Of a stretch of 64,000 nt of DNA, positions 25,593-39,083 are shown one piece after another. The position numbers were made by a program, and so were the translations under genes. A model generated the notes under the pieces. The model was not told the origin of the DNA and did not search any database. It saw only the letters and a list, made by a program, of their open reading frames with translations. Position 1 is the stretch's first letter. Each line of letters starts with the position of its first letter. The stretch is from Epiperipatus broadwayi (Eukaryota; Animalia; Onychophora): assembly GCA_028023455.1 (NCBI GenBank), contig JAQFVV010000010.1, positions 16,492,001-16,556,000 on the forward strand, given 5' to 3'.

Positions 25593-26574
25593 TACCATGT
25601 TTTTCCAAAAATAAGACCCGATCTTGTATTAATTTTTGCTCCAAAAGATGTTTTCGTAATTTTCAGGGAATGTAATTTTTTTTATGTACAAAAATATATA
25701 TTTATTCAAAGCAAAAATCTACATTTATTTAAGTAAAAAAATTTACATTTATTCAGTATTACCAATTTCAACAAATAACTTTTACTACTGCTTGAATATG
25801 TCCTGTTTAGGATTATAATCACGTCACAGAACAGTCTCATTATATATGGGAATATTAAAAGTTATTTACGTCTTATTGAAATTAGTAAGATTTAATTTGA
25901 AACAATATATGAAATATTAAGCTGGCTTGAACTAAGATCACCACTAATAATAAGATTCAGCCTTTTCAGAGATCAATGTTGATTTATTGACAATATATAC
26001 AGTTGGGCATCAGATGAAAAAAGAATTCTCATATCAGACTGAATGAATGTAGGTGCATTGATAAATGAAAAGAAAAATTGTGTTTGCAAGGTTATTAAAC
26101 TAATTAGTTATGAATCTGCCAACAAAATAATTTCAAGTTACATTTATTCAAATACAAAAATTACATTTATATTTATTTATACATTCATTACTTTAATTTT
26201 TTTTTTTTTCTTACGCTAGTGGTAATGTATTACAAATAAAATGTTCATTAATTTTTTATTTTTTTTTTTGAAACACTATTGTAATAAAAATAAAAATAGT
26301 AAATGTAACAGATTGAAAGCCGTAATTACCATTACATTTATTATTTTTATTATTATTACAATACTTGTAATTCATATATATATATAAACGTTTTGAAAGT
26401 TTATATATATACATTAATTTATAATTCTATATGTCCCTGCATGTTTCAACAGACAAATGAGATCTGTCCATCAGGCTGACAATCTTAACTACATCTTATA
26501 TTTGGGGTAGGGCTTATATTATCAACATCTTGAAAAATCATGCTAGGACTTATTTTGGGGGAAACATAATAGTA
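25593..26574. mobile_element. Tc1/mariner (pogo/Tc2-like) MITE
   Basis: Left TACCATGTTTTTCCAAAAATAAGAC; right GACTTATTTTGGGGGAAACATAATAGTA (decayed TIR). TA flanks; internal GGGGTAGGGCTTATATT subterminal motif. Confidence 0.7.
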
Positions 26575-27027
26575 TTCTTTTCTAAATTGTTTATCATATT
26601 TTTAAAGAGAAAAAATCTAAGTAACTGAGATTATATTTTAGTTAGTTTGATAATTAATCTTATTATATGATCTTATAATTAATTAATAACATAATAGCAT
26701 TTAATATTATATGTTGTACATTGATTATAAAGTGCTGTTAGTTGAAAGTTATTTGAAATTTTAAAAAGTTATTTGTATCTTCAATTATTATTAATAATTA
26801 ACAAACAGGAAATAAATGATCAATCTTGATTTTTAAATAAAAAAGAAATTGAATTCAGCTCCACAATAGAAACTATAATAAAAAATGTTTCTTTTTGACA
26901 TTATAAACTGGGAGCAAGAGATAATCTGATTTAAATATTTTGATAGCAAAAAAAAAAAAACATCAAGTTTTTAATTACTTATTATATTAAGATTACATGA
27001 TAAAGCATATTTTATCTTGTGTTTTAG

Positions 27028-27442
27028 GTCATCAGTTTCTGGATCTGATGAAAAACTTCAGCCTTCAGAAACTCCAGTTATCACAACTAATCCGAGTGAG
27101 GATCATACTTACAGTTATACAGTGTCTACTGATGCACGGAGTACATCTCCCAGTTCATCTATTGATGATCCTTATGATTTTGGAGATGATGGTGATGGTA
27201 CTGATAGCAATCCCAGCGAAGCTAGCATTTATTCTAGTGAAGATGAAGATCTAGAGAAAGACTCTAATAAACATGAGCGGCCAAGGCCAAAGCTTCCTGA
27301 TGATGAGGAAATGAAAATAGTTGAAGGTGCAGATGCACTTCTTAATTTAGCTGGAATCAAAACCTCAAATATCATACCATTGAGATCTATAAGCCCACAG
27401 AACAATACTAATAACCTCATTGTTGGTAAGATATCACGGTAA
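27028..27442 (+). CDS. FoxN3: FoxN2/3 terminal coding exon
   Basis: Acceptor tgtgttttag|G at 27027/27028, stop TAA 27440-27442. Contains PVITTNPSEDHTYS, DARSTSPSSSIDDPYDF, an acidic tract and DDEEMKIVEGADALLNLAGI, matching FOXN3 motifs (EDHNYS, NARSTSP, DDHYEF, DDEEMKEAAGSLLHLAGI). Confidence 0.92.
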
Positions 27443-29551
27443 TATAATTGAAAGTTTTATAAAAATAAAAAGGATTCTTATATATCCCATTGTGTGTTTG
27501 AATGCACAAGTTTATATCTAATGAAAAAAAAAATTAGGCAATACCAGTTTGCTCATTTAAAATAAAAGATCATGTCAAGAAAATATTTATATGCAAAATC
27601 AGTTTGTCATTTGTATATAGTTCCCCTTCCCCTCCTCTTTTTACTCTTACAATCTTTCCAACACAATGAATTGATTTTTTTTTACTCCTTCTATATATTT
27701 TTTTTTTTTTTGGAATTGTATATTTGCAACTTTTTTTCCTGTTGCATTTTTGGAAGTTTAAAGAAAAATAAATGAAGAAAAATTATGGGTGAAAAATCAT
27801 AATAATTTATTTTTAATAATAAATTGAAATTGATAACTAAAGTGAAAGAATAATAAATTGCAAGTAAATATTGCAAAAATTCAATCATTGATTGGTTGAT
27901 TTGAGTCCTATGTATTTTATGAACAAAGTAGTTTTTTTTAATATATATATCCAAAGTTTTAAAAGGTATTTGTGATTAAACTACATGTTTGTGTGGGACA
28001 AACTTTTTGTACATAGCTGATTTTCTTTGGGATTGAAAAAAAGAATTAAACGATAAATGTCTATAGTTTTTGTAATATACAATTAGTAATTGAAACATGG
28101 CTAATCTGAAAACTGAATTAAGTAAAATATAGTGATTTTATATATATATTTATTTTGTTTATGCTATTTTTTTACAATTAAAAAAAACAGAGAACATTAT
28201 TGTGAATTTTGAAGTTTTTTTTTTTTTTTTATCAAGTTCAAAATTAATTAAATATCAAAAAAAAAAGATTATTCTTGCCATCAGAAACATGTAATTAAAT
28301 GAATATTCTTCAACAAAATAAATGTTTGGCTATCATTATTAATCTGACAATTTTTACTTTCAGTGTTTATTTAGCCATGTGAACACTTTTTTTTTTTTTA
28401 TACTATGGGTTGTTTACTAATTGATCATATAATGCATTTGTGGCCTTTCCTTCATTTACTGATATTAAAAGAAAACATATTTTTGAAGAAATATTTGTTT
28501 GTGAAAATCCTTGGAATTATTTAATACTTCTCTTTTGATCTGTTTAAATATTAGGAGGAGATTAATTATCTTTAAGCTTTGTTTTTTTTTTAATGATCCT
28601 TAAGAGATTTTCATATTTGTGGAATTACAAAATATTTTGTTAGATAACGTTCATGTTTTCCCCAATTCTTATTTTTTCCCCTCATTGAAAGAAGCTAATA
28701 GGGATGATTTTTAAACAAGTTGTGAATTTATTTTAGATTTGCAAGGATTTTTTATATATATATATTGTAAGAAAATTTATAAAAAATATGTATGTATGTA
28801 AAAAATAATAAAAAATGTAAGAAAAAATTCAACGATAAACAAGTGGCCTTAGAAAGAACTAAGGTCTATATCCAGAAATTTAGGAGCTTTTTTTTTTTTA
28901 GTCATAATTTTATCATGTATTTAATTTTAAGATTTATATTTTAAAACATTTAATTTTTTTCTGTGTGTTTTGTGTGGGAAAAAAAAGTATTTGAAAGATT
29001 TGCAAGTTCTGTTTACAAAAATAACATTTAAGTGCTCATATGAATATTTTAACAGTCTTTGGCAATAATTAGGTCCATTTTTACCCTATTTTATTTTAAT
29101 TATAGCTTAAAAATTTGATCTGATTTAAATCACAGGTTTGGTAAATCTTTAAATATACTACATGTGCGTATACATGTGTAATAAAAACGTAATTTTAAAA
29201 ATATAACATTTACCAATTGTTTTGAGTTTGTTTTTTTTAAATGAAATTTAATGTTGCAGAAAATTGTCAGAATTTATATTATAAAAAAAAAATTTTTTTT
29301 ATATCAAATTTGAATTTTTATACACATATACAGAGAGTTCCCAATTACATAATATAAGTAGTTTATTCCATAAAACTTTTTGCATAACATGATTCATGCA
29401 TAAATTGAAACAATTTTGAACTTTTATTGCTGTAATGTATTAAAGTATCTTCTTTTATTTATCCTATTTAAAGAGCTGTATCATATTGAAAATGAATTTT
29501 TAAAGTGTATATTATTTGAAATATTATTATAAATGGATGATCTTAACATTT

Positions 29552-30194
29552 TTATAATGAAAGTAATATAGGGTATATGAGCACAGACTTTCAGATGACC
29601 CACCACTCTCCACTCTATCTAATAACACTGATACACTCAAGCACATATATGCTGAAAAGATAAATAATCACCAATATACGTATTTCATGCTAAACCAGCA
29701 ATCATCAGTTGGTCCAGATTATCATCTCCCACACATATATACTGTAAGTGCTCAGATATATATTAAGAAGACAATCTTCATACTTTAATGGACAGGCTCC
29801 AATCTACTACACACTCCAACTCTTCAACCGTCCATCCAATTGAAAATCTGATGATGGAATGCTCGAAGGCCACCCTGAGGCGAGTGGAGTGTGTAGTAGA
29901 TTGGAGCCTGTCCATTAAAGTATGAAGATTGTCTATCTTAATATATATCTGAGCACTTACAGTATATATGTGTGGGAGATGATAATCTGGACCAACTGAT
30001 GATTGCTGGTTTAGCATGAAATACGTATATTGGTGATTATTTATCTTTTCAGCATATATGTGCTTGAGTGTATCAGTGTTATTAGATAGAGTGGAGAGTG
30101 GTGGGTCATCTGAAAGTCTGTGCTCATATACCCTATATTACATATATAGACACAGGTATATAACAAGCCTGTGTTTCAGTTATAATGAAAGTAA
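29552..30194. mobile_element. PLE-type fold-back insertion, family B
   Basis: Perfect 15-bp TSD TTATAATGAAAGTAA at 29552-66 / 30180-94. Arms 29563-29818 / 29885-30141 (about 256 bp, one 1-nt indel seen), 66-nt loop, one-sided tail 30142-30179. Confidence 0.9.
29982..30040 (+). ncRNA. Minimal type I hammerhead ribozyme, intact core (antisense copy at 29664-29722)
   Basis: ATAATC tgg ACCAA CTGATGA T TGCT ggttt AGCA T GAAA TACGTA T A TTGGT GATTAT. Palindromic stem III ATACGTAT; AUA site, predicted cleavage after 30029. Confidence 0.85.
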
Positions 30195-31749
30195 GAAAAA
30201 TATTTTTTTTTAAAAAAAAAAAAACGATTAAATTGAAGTATTAAACTTTGAACAATATAACAAAAAAGTAAATCTCTCCACTTTATTTTTTGATTAGCTA
30301 AACTGAATTATTATTTAACTTTAAGAATACAATAAAGAAATCATGTTATTTTTCTGCTAATGAATGAAAAAAGATATTTATACATTCATGCCATGAGTAT
30401 GTTGCTAATGAATTTTTTCATTTTATATTTATAGCTACATTAAATGATTATTCAACTTTGAATGATATTATTTAATTAGTAGTTTTATATAGTTTCTGTG
30501 CGCGTGTGTGTCAGGGTATTTTTTTGTTTTATATATATATATGTCAGGCTTATGTAGTAGGGAATTTTCTGTACAAATTAACTTGTGTAATTCTAATTTA
30601 AAAATAATCTCATTGGTTATATAATTTTATAGATTATATAAACATTAAGGCATGTGTAGATAAATGTATATTATTGACATTCTAAAACTTTTGGGATAGT
30701 GGACCTAATTACTTGCCTACTCATAATTAATACTCAGCCATAAAATCAAACTTTGAATAGACAGTTATTGTTTTAATACTTTTTTTTTTTACCTATTTTC
30801 ATGTGACAGATAATTTCTATTAAATATGAATTTGTAAATATTTTTAAATGAATGCACAAATTATTATTATCAAGCTATAGAAAATATATGGAAATCCTTA
30901 TATATATAGGAAAGTGGTCATAGAATAATCATGGTCAATATTTGTTTTGTTTTTTTTTTGTTTTTTTTTTTTTAGCTTGATAAATGAAGTGGTATATAAA
31001 GAAAATGTTTTCCTTAACAGTCATGAAATTTTAATAGAACTTTAAATTTTCTATATTTATAAATATGTAAAATTTTCATATCAAAAATTAATTTTCCAAG
31101 ACTGCCACTTATTAGTTTTAAAAAAATATATTTATTGAATGTTTAACAGAATTATTTCTACTGTAAAAAGTGCACTTTAAATACAAAAAAAAATCGGAGA
31201 TTTATATTCTTGATCTCTTAACCAATAAGTGGCAGTGTGAAGGTTACAACTAAATACATTTTTAAAAATATTTTTTTTTTAGTCTGGGTATATGTTGAAT
31301 AAAAATTTCAATGGCTGTGAGTAGCAGAATGGATTGCCCAAGAACAACTTTTGTTATTCTAACTTTTGTTGGTTTCCCGAGTGGCTGAGTAAAAAGATAT
31401 TGTCAGGGCTGTTGTGGTTACACTGTCATGAGAATCAGTCTGTTCTTCCATTTTTTTTTATTTTTTTTTTCCTCAAGATGACTGTTGACCAGTTATTAAA
31501 AAACTGGCAGTTTAATATCTTTATTTAAAACCAATGATTCTCACTGACTTCCATACCACTGTAGTTTCCCATTGGATATTTTGATCATTTATAATAAGTA
31601 AAATCTACTTTCTGTGTACAAATGTACATATTGTGACTAATAAAAAAAAAAAAAACCACAGATTTTCAAATATTTATTTAGTGTTTGTTTTTTTTTTTTG
31701 TTTTAAAGATATACATTTGTAGATAATGTACTTACAAACACAAGGGAAA

Positions 31750-33420
31750 GTCAATAAATAGATTACAAATAATTATAAAAAGTAAAACATACTATATTAA
31801 CCTCTCAGCATAATTTTCTTTGACATTGACACTTGTCTCACATTCCACACAATTGACCATTATTCTCCTGTTGGTTTAAGTCAACTTTTCCATGTACTTA
31901 ACAATTGCTTTTATTATAGCCGTAAATGGATAACTATGGTAAGACTATTCAAGAGACTTTCTGTATCCAGTTATAATAGGTTTTCATTCTTTGAATAATG
32001 TCTTTTTGCCCTCAGAAAATGTACACACCATTCTGCTCTGTATCATATATTCTTCTAGAATGAAAACCATCGTAACTAATTAATCCATCATTTACAATTA
32101 CCATTTTTCTATAGTTCTGTTTTTCAATACTTTAGCAATTTTCCAGAAGTAGTGAATTATAACAATAAATTTATCTTTATTTCATTTGCTTTTTTTGATC
32201 CTAGAATTAGTTTGTTTAAATGTTTTTTTTTTTTTTTGGTATCATTATTCCTGAACTATTACGTTATTGTAATAGTCATCAAAAAGGTATAGTTCTGGTA
32301 CATTTTCCTAGAAGGTTAGCTTTTTTAAAGAAAATTTTTAGTGATGTACAATACTCTTTGCTTTTTTCTTTTTTTTTTTTTTTACTGAAGATTTTGAAAC
32401 ATTTAATGAAAGTAATGATTTATTAAGAAAAGTTGTAATTTATAACAAATATTTATGCATATATTTGTGCACATTGCTTTTATTTATTGCCTCTTTTTTT
32501 TTAAGATAGTGAAGAATTGGAAACACTTGTTAAGAGTAATAATACATCATGGATAACTATAAGCATTTACTTTTAATTCATTGAAAGCACCTTTGTGTGA
32601 ACTTATGGTGTTGCTATTAACATGTTTTATTATACTTTATTTATTTGTTGTTTGATCCTGTTTTAGAGCACTATCTTTATCAGCTTATAGGACACAGTGG
32701 TGTATAGGACATATACCCCTTTTTTATACATATTTTAAAGAATAAAATAATTTTCTACATTTTTTCATGAATTTCCATAATGATTTACTGTACTAATTTT
32801 ATAGTTATTTATGTCTACAAAAAATATAACTACGGAACACTGTAATTAGGTACCTTTTAGTCCACTTTCATAGGTCATTTCTCTTTATGAATTTAGAACA
32901 TCATAACGTTAATCCTATAAAATCAATGATGTCTCTGTTAGTAGCTATCACTCTTGCTTGTTGAATAATCATTTTTATGGAAACTGAAAATCCTGAGCTT
33001 TTGTTGTCTAATATCCAAGTTTTTAATTCTTCTAGTTATGACCATTTTGCAATTCCATGTCACAGATTGTGTTTATTATGCATAACTTTTTGTAGGTCTT
33101 CTTTTTGTCTTCTCCAAGTTCTTATCTTTTCAGTTGGCGAATGACCCGAAATATCTTTGCTGTCCTATTTTCATGTTCTTTAGCATATGCAGTCACTCAT
33201 AGCTTGGATGCAATATCATAACAGAATCTGCATTGTTTGTGAGCCATGTTTTATCAAGATATCTCAACATTAAACTATCACAGAACATTGATAATGTTTT
33301 GGACAAATGTACCAAGTTTAAATGTTACCGTGCATTGTTGAAGTGTGATCACACATGCCCATTGGATGAATCATAATCTTGAAATGTCCTTGGATCTGAA
33401 CTCTATTTAATTGGAATGCT
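31750..33420 (-). mobile_element. Degenerate RTE-like LINE (EN to RT start)
   Basis: Minus-strand remnants resembling the APE N-terminus (TFKLGT at about 33310) and the RT EQ.GF region (EQNGV at about 32020). Heavily mutated. Confidence 0.45.
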
Positions 33421-33899
33421 CCATCTTTCAGTAATGAAACATAAAATATATCATGGAATTTATCATTATAGAAGAGAAAAAAAATTATGGAAATGATCTG
33501 TTCGAAATCACTGTTTTACAAAAGGACAAAATGCAGTATATGTATGTTAATATAAACAGAAGTTTTAGACTGACAGAAATTTGAACTCATAATTTTGATT
33601 ACCGATGCATAAGGCACATACTGTATTTGAGGGGGAAAAAGAACATCCTATACGCCAACAAATATGGTATTTATTTTTAAGAATTTATATGTTCTGCATG
33701 TTTAAAATAAAATAGGAGACAATTATTTTTTAACATGATGCAATGTCTAACTTTTGAAATGTATATAATTAATGTTCTAAAAGATATTTTGAGATGACTG
33801 GGATTTTAGAACCAAACTATGTAAGTATTGGTTAAATCAATGAGTATTATGGCATTATAACTGGATCCCTATGAATTTCTGGTTAATTGACATTCTGCT

Positions 33900-34800
33900 A
33901 GTAAGCTTAGGTTTTGAAAATTTTAAATATTCATGGCTAACTTATTTCATTCTATAGTTGAGATATATATATATATATGTAGAATAACTGTAAACAGGAT
34001 AATTCTTGATATCATTCAAAGTTGTTGTACTGCACATTTGTTATTGTAGTCTAGTTTTCAATATTTTGTTACTATCCATAGTACAGGAATAAGAACAATA
34101 GTTAAGAATTTTTAGATAACATTTAATGTCTAATACTGGTTGATTATCTATGGGCTTGCTATCTGAAAAAAATAGAATCCTGATTGGAATCTGGAAAAAA
34201 ATTCTAGTTTTATTTTGCTCTCTTGCAACTATCATACTATGAAACACTTTTATATGTATAGGAAATGAAAACTATCCAATTATATGCATAATTTGCTCAT
34301 AATTGATGGCTGCTAAAAATACCTTGCTAAAAGTTTGCAAATTAATTATATCTATAGTTATAATATCATGACTTTTATATATGAATTTTATTACTTATCT
34401 ATTTTTATTATATTTTTAGATATTTCTATAATTGTGTTGTTTAACTGGTTCTAGAATGCTTTCTGTGATTTTGTTTGATAACTATAATTTTTGTATGGAT
34501 TCTATTTTTATTTTTAATCTGAGCAATATTTTAAGAGTATAGAACATAATCATTTTAATTCAACTTTGTATACTTATTCAGTTTCTTACAACTATATTAT
34601 GGTGGGTTTAACATTTATGACACACCATAGCTAGATATAATATTTTTCTCTTTCTAATTATACTTTTTATCTGATATAGAAATCTATATTGAGTTTCAGC
34701 TTCCACTTCCAATAATTTTTATAAAGAAAGTTTTAATATTAACTTATTTCTATTTTGCCATTTTCCTGTTTACTTTGTTAATATTTTATTACTATCTATA
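33900..34800 (-). mobile_element. Possible LINE RT fragment (CR1/Jockey-like)
   Basis: Minus-strand CAATCAGGATTC (QSGF) at about 34180 in an RT-like context; otherwise decayed. Confidence 0.3.
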
Positions 34801-35399
34801 TTGGGAACAAACGGTTTAAGATGGTAGTGATTCTGTGATAGCAGCCACAATAATAGCAAAACATTAACACATATTTTATCGTAGAAAGCAAAAATAACTC
34901 CCATATTCTATATTGAAAAGTCAGAACAGACTAATGCTATAGTGCTGGCCTCTCAAATCTAAAGATGTTCAACATGACCAAGAATATTATGTAGTTGATT
35001 AAATCATTTTATCGATCCCACTATGGAAAATGAAAATCCTAAAATATGCAAAGCATGAAGCAAGGAAAGTAGATGTAAATAGATTGCTTACAATTTAACA
35101 TCTTAATAGTGAAGTAAAATAAACTGGACTAGGAGATTTTAGATTAAGCTGCTTTATTCAGAACATGATTAGCAAAGAAGGAATTTTGTGGTTTCATTAT
35201 CAGAAAAAAATATTGAAAGAACTATAATTGAATGTAGTGGAATTGGGAAATTGTGTGTTGTTTTTTTTGTTTTCTTTTTGCCAATATAGTTTAAATAGAC
35301 ACACAAAAAAAAGAAACTGTGTTTGTATTATTGATATCTGGAAATGGAAGACTTCAGTAATAATAATGAAAACATGAATCAGAGCAGATTATACTGTTT

Positions 35400-36560
35400 T
35401 TTTTATAAACTTTAATTGAAACAGAAAAATAGCTTCAAACTTAGCCAATGCCCTAGATATATCCAAGCAAATACATCTATTGCTATTTAGGAATAATATT
35501 ATTAGGTCATTTGAGATTTTAAATTAAATTATGGAGAATTCGATGAAGTGAAATAAATAATTAAAAATAAATCTAAGAACAGTTTACTATGCAACAATTA
35601 TAAAAATCAAACCTTTGGTCTTAATTGCAAAGATAGGAAACCAGAATAAAAACGATAAACTTCATTTAAGAAAACTAAATAGGAAATTACAAATTTTTGA
35701 ACTACTATGAGAATATAATATTTGTAATGACACTGCAAATAAAAACAAGTTTTGTAAAAAAAGAAAATGCTAATGATCATTATAACTCAAGAAATAAGGA
35801 TTAAACAGTTGGAAAAAATATACAGAAGAAAAATATCATAAAGTTATCAGTTAAGATGTGTATTCCAAATGAAATCTTCACTGATAGAAGATGAAATCTG
35901 ATTAGTCTTAAGACTTTTTACTAAAAGATAAACCCACTGGAATTAATTTTGTTGTAAATTGAAGAAGAATCAATAAAAATGTTAAGCAAATTATGGTAAT
36001 TACTTGATCTACAGATTGGGGAAAGCATATTGAAATTGTGCAAATTATCATACCATATCTCATTCTACATACAAGTAAAGTTATTGGAAATCAAATAGTA
36101 CAGATTAAAGCCTTAAACTAAAAGTAAACTGCCAAATAAGCTGGTCTCAGGAAAGTTTGAAGACCTGAAGATATTATCAATGTATGTAAGGTAGGAATAT
36201 CAGAAAATAAGTATATATGCATTATTGACTTCAATTTAAAAAAAAAAAAGGCATATGGCTTTATTGCTCAGGAGTTCATAAGAAGTTTGGGTACCAGAAT
36301 CATTCCTGGGACCTCCTGATTCCAAGTCAGATGCTCTACCTATTGCATCAAACCATGCAGGGTATTGACTACAATAAAAGCCTTTGATTCAGTTGATCCT
36401 GCAAAATTATGGAATATTTTTGCAAATATGTGTCCCAGAATTTGTTTGTGTAAGGAATGATTGTGGGGCTATTAATTACTTCCTATGTTGGATATTAAAG
36501 AAAAGTATTTATGCTTTTACAGTGCTGGAAAAGATTCAGAATACAATTACGTATATGGTA
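35400..36560 (+). mobile_element. Degenerate RTE LINE RT fragment
   Basis: IDY.KAFDSVDPAKLWNIFANM at about 36365-36430 (one frameshift), upstream linker-like sequence; split by the 36236-36362 SINE. Confidence 0.65.
36236..36362 (-). mobile_element. tRNA-like SINE with 3' T run, 13-bp TSD
   Basis: TSD TATTGACT(T/A)CAAT at 36223-35 / 36363-75. Minus strand has a tRNA-like head (..GGTAGAGCATCTGACTTGGAATCAGGAGGTCCCAGG..) and ends in about T12. Confidence 0.7.
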
Positions 36561-37433
36561 TAGAAGTATTAAAAATAAATATTTTTCTATGTGCTCCACT
36601 TAAAAGGTGTGGGTAAGCAGATAAGCCCTTGGGGTTAGGGCAACAAAACCCTCTGCTAATTATATAAAAAAGCAATATGAGCTCATGGAAATACATAATT
36701 TCATACAAAAACAATACAAACTAATGGAAACCAAAATATTTTATAATTTAAAACATATTTTTTTATGAAAACAATACTAATTAATGAAGATAAATGGTAT
36801 AATTTTATTTAAAAAAAAAAAAAACATTCCCAGATAACATTAACATTATTGGTGGCAGAAAGTTAAATATCTTTGAGGAATATCACAAAAAGATTTTGAT
36901 AGCTTTTTTTAGTCATATATCCAATACATGTGTTATCCAAATGAAATCTTTCACTGACATGCTGCATTCAATTGTACTCATCTGTACATAATTTCATGGA
37001 GATTGAAATGTGCAAAAATATGACCTCCATTATTTTGCTTCACCCAAATAAGTTACAATGGTTTGGTTTGAATAGAGTCAATTTTAATTAATATGAAAAT
37101 TATTTAAATCATGTGTTTGAATAATTTGTGAAACATGATACCCACTGTTTTCTTTATCCAAATATTAATAAAAACTTTTTGTTTCATATAGGAATTGTGA
37201 ATTTTAATTCGTATTGAAAATTATAATAAATAGTAACAAATTTTTGTTTACATTTTTTTTTTATAGAACAAATAATTAAATTTGTTTGATTTTTTTTTTT
37301 TTTAGTAATATCTTGGATGATTCTACTTGGTATTTAACATTCATATCTGTTATGTAGAATATTTATGCAAACAATGCCTTTAGGATAGTGTAATATAATT
37401 ATATATTCAGCCCTTCCATATTGGACCTAAATT

Positions 37434-37980
37434 ATGTGCTGGTATTACAAAATAATAACTGAATATATTTATTTGGTTTCAAATCTTCATATTGAGGTGA
37501 TAATTTATATGACAATGTTTGTGGACAAGAGATTATTTTATCTACATGTTTATATGCCAATTTATGTGCTTAAAATAAAATTGAGATCAGAATACATACA
37601 TATGATGAGAAACACTCATGGGAAACAATTCAAATGTCCAACGATTGGTAATATCAGATTTATACAAATATATAAAAAGGGAATATAATAAAGTTTAGAT
37701 TTTATTTTTTTAATCATAGCTCACATTATCTGGTTATCTAATTTCATCCTTAAAGCATAACTGTGAGTAAAGAATGTATATGCTTAAATAAAGTTGACAT
37801 TGGAACACATACATATATGAGAAACAATTCAAATGCCCAATGTTTGGCAATGTCATATTTATACAAATATATAAAAAGAGCATACAATAAAGTTTAGATT
37901 ATTTTTTTAATTATAGCTCACATTATCTTGTTATCTAATTCAATCCTTAAAGCATAACTGTGAATAAAGAATGTATGATC
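37434..37980 (+). pseudogene. Degenerate C2H2 zinc-finger-like relic with about 200-bp tandem duplication
   Basis: HMMRNTHGKQFKCPTIG and a YEKQFKCPMFG copy resemble HxRxHTGEKPFKC linkers. GAAACAATTCAAATG..AAAGAATGTAT is duplicated at about 37622 and 37821. Confidence 0.4.
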
Positions 37981-39083
37981 TAATATATATTTTATGTCAC
38001 AACACTTTAGTTTAGTAAAGGTTTAATATATAATAGAATGAAATTAATATGATTCACTACAAATAAATTAGTCTGTCATACAAATAATTAAGAAAATAAT
38101 AATTAAATATGTTATTACATAGTGAGGTGTATGATACACCCTGATTTCATAATGAAAAAGCATAGTTACGTAAACATATAATAATAAAATGAATTTTACA
38201 AATAAATGCTCACATGTTGTGTTGAACAAAGAGTAATAAAATATATTTATTTGTAACTAAAAGCAAAGGCGTGATATATATGCTATATATTGATTGAAAA
38301 GTTAATATTTCACAGCAATATTTTAGAATATGATAAATATTAGATTTTAAAACAAAATAATTATCAATATTAAAAATTCTCATTTACCAGTTTATATTTA
38401 TAATTAGGGCATTCATAGTATTTTGTCAGTAAGTTCTTTTGCTAGTTTTGCACATCCCTTGCTGCTGGTTTCTTTAATATTAATTTAACCGTGGGTATTT
38501 TTATTTCTTAAGATAAACAATAATTTATTAGACATTGATATATTCTTTTTTGCAGGGATTTATGACTTTAGCTTCAACATTGGTGAATTATTCTTTCTTC
38601 TCTCGTAATGTTTGTTACAGCTTTCCAGTCTGCAACTTTAATAAGATGAATTGCTTAAATAGCTGAAGGTCAACTGGAAAATTGAAAATGAATAGAGACT
38701 GCAACTAACATCTTTATATTAAATAAACTGCCCATGTAATCAAGGTTATTTTGTAAAAATGTTATCTAGTCTATTTCATTAAATATTTTATTTCTTTTGT
38801 TTTTTATAGTTAATTATAAACAAACCACACTATTTGTCTTGTTTTAAATTGATTTGTCCATTTGTGAAAATTCGAATATGTAAGTTCACAAATTCAATTT
38901 AGACAATTCTGATTTATATTCAACTTTAATAAGTTTTATTCTTATTATTAATATAGTTAATGAAATTGCATTAATTTATCTTTATACATTTTTGACATTG
39001 TTTATTGTCATGTTTTATTATCATTTTAATAAAAATAATATCTTCCATAAGGCTAAAATTATTTTTATGTTAAATTGTTTATA

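Larger units (their letters stand above)
27443..31645 (+). other. Putative long 3' UTR of FoxN2/3 (end uncertain)
   Basis: U/A-rich tract after the stop with no recognisable TE except the 29.5-kb fold-back. Candidate AATAAA near 31638 preceded by TGTACATA; LINE debris resumes after about 31750. Earlier AATAAA sites (about 27464, 27560) could end the transcript sooner. Confidence 0.4.

Noticed and set aside
26997-27420. Alternative-frame and antisense ORFs over the last FoxN exon
   Set aside because: Shadow ORFs of the real coding exon.
33472-33541. Plus-strand open exon candidate (EKKNYGNDLFEITVLQKDKMQY, ag/gtatgt)
   Set aside because: No recognisable homology or adjoining exons; such candidates arise by chance in AT-rich DNA.
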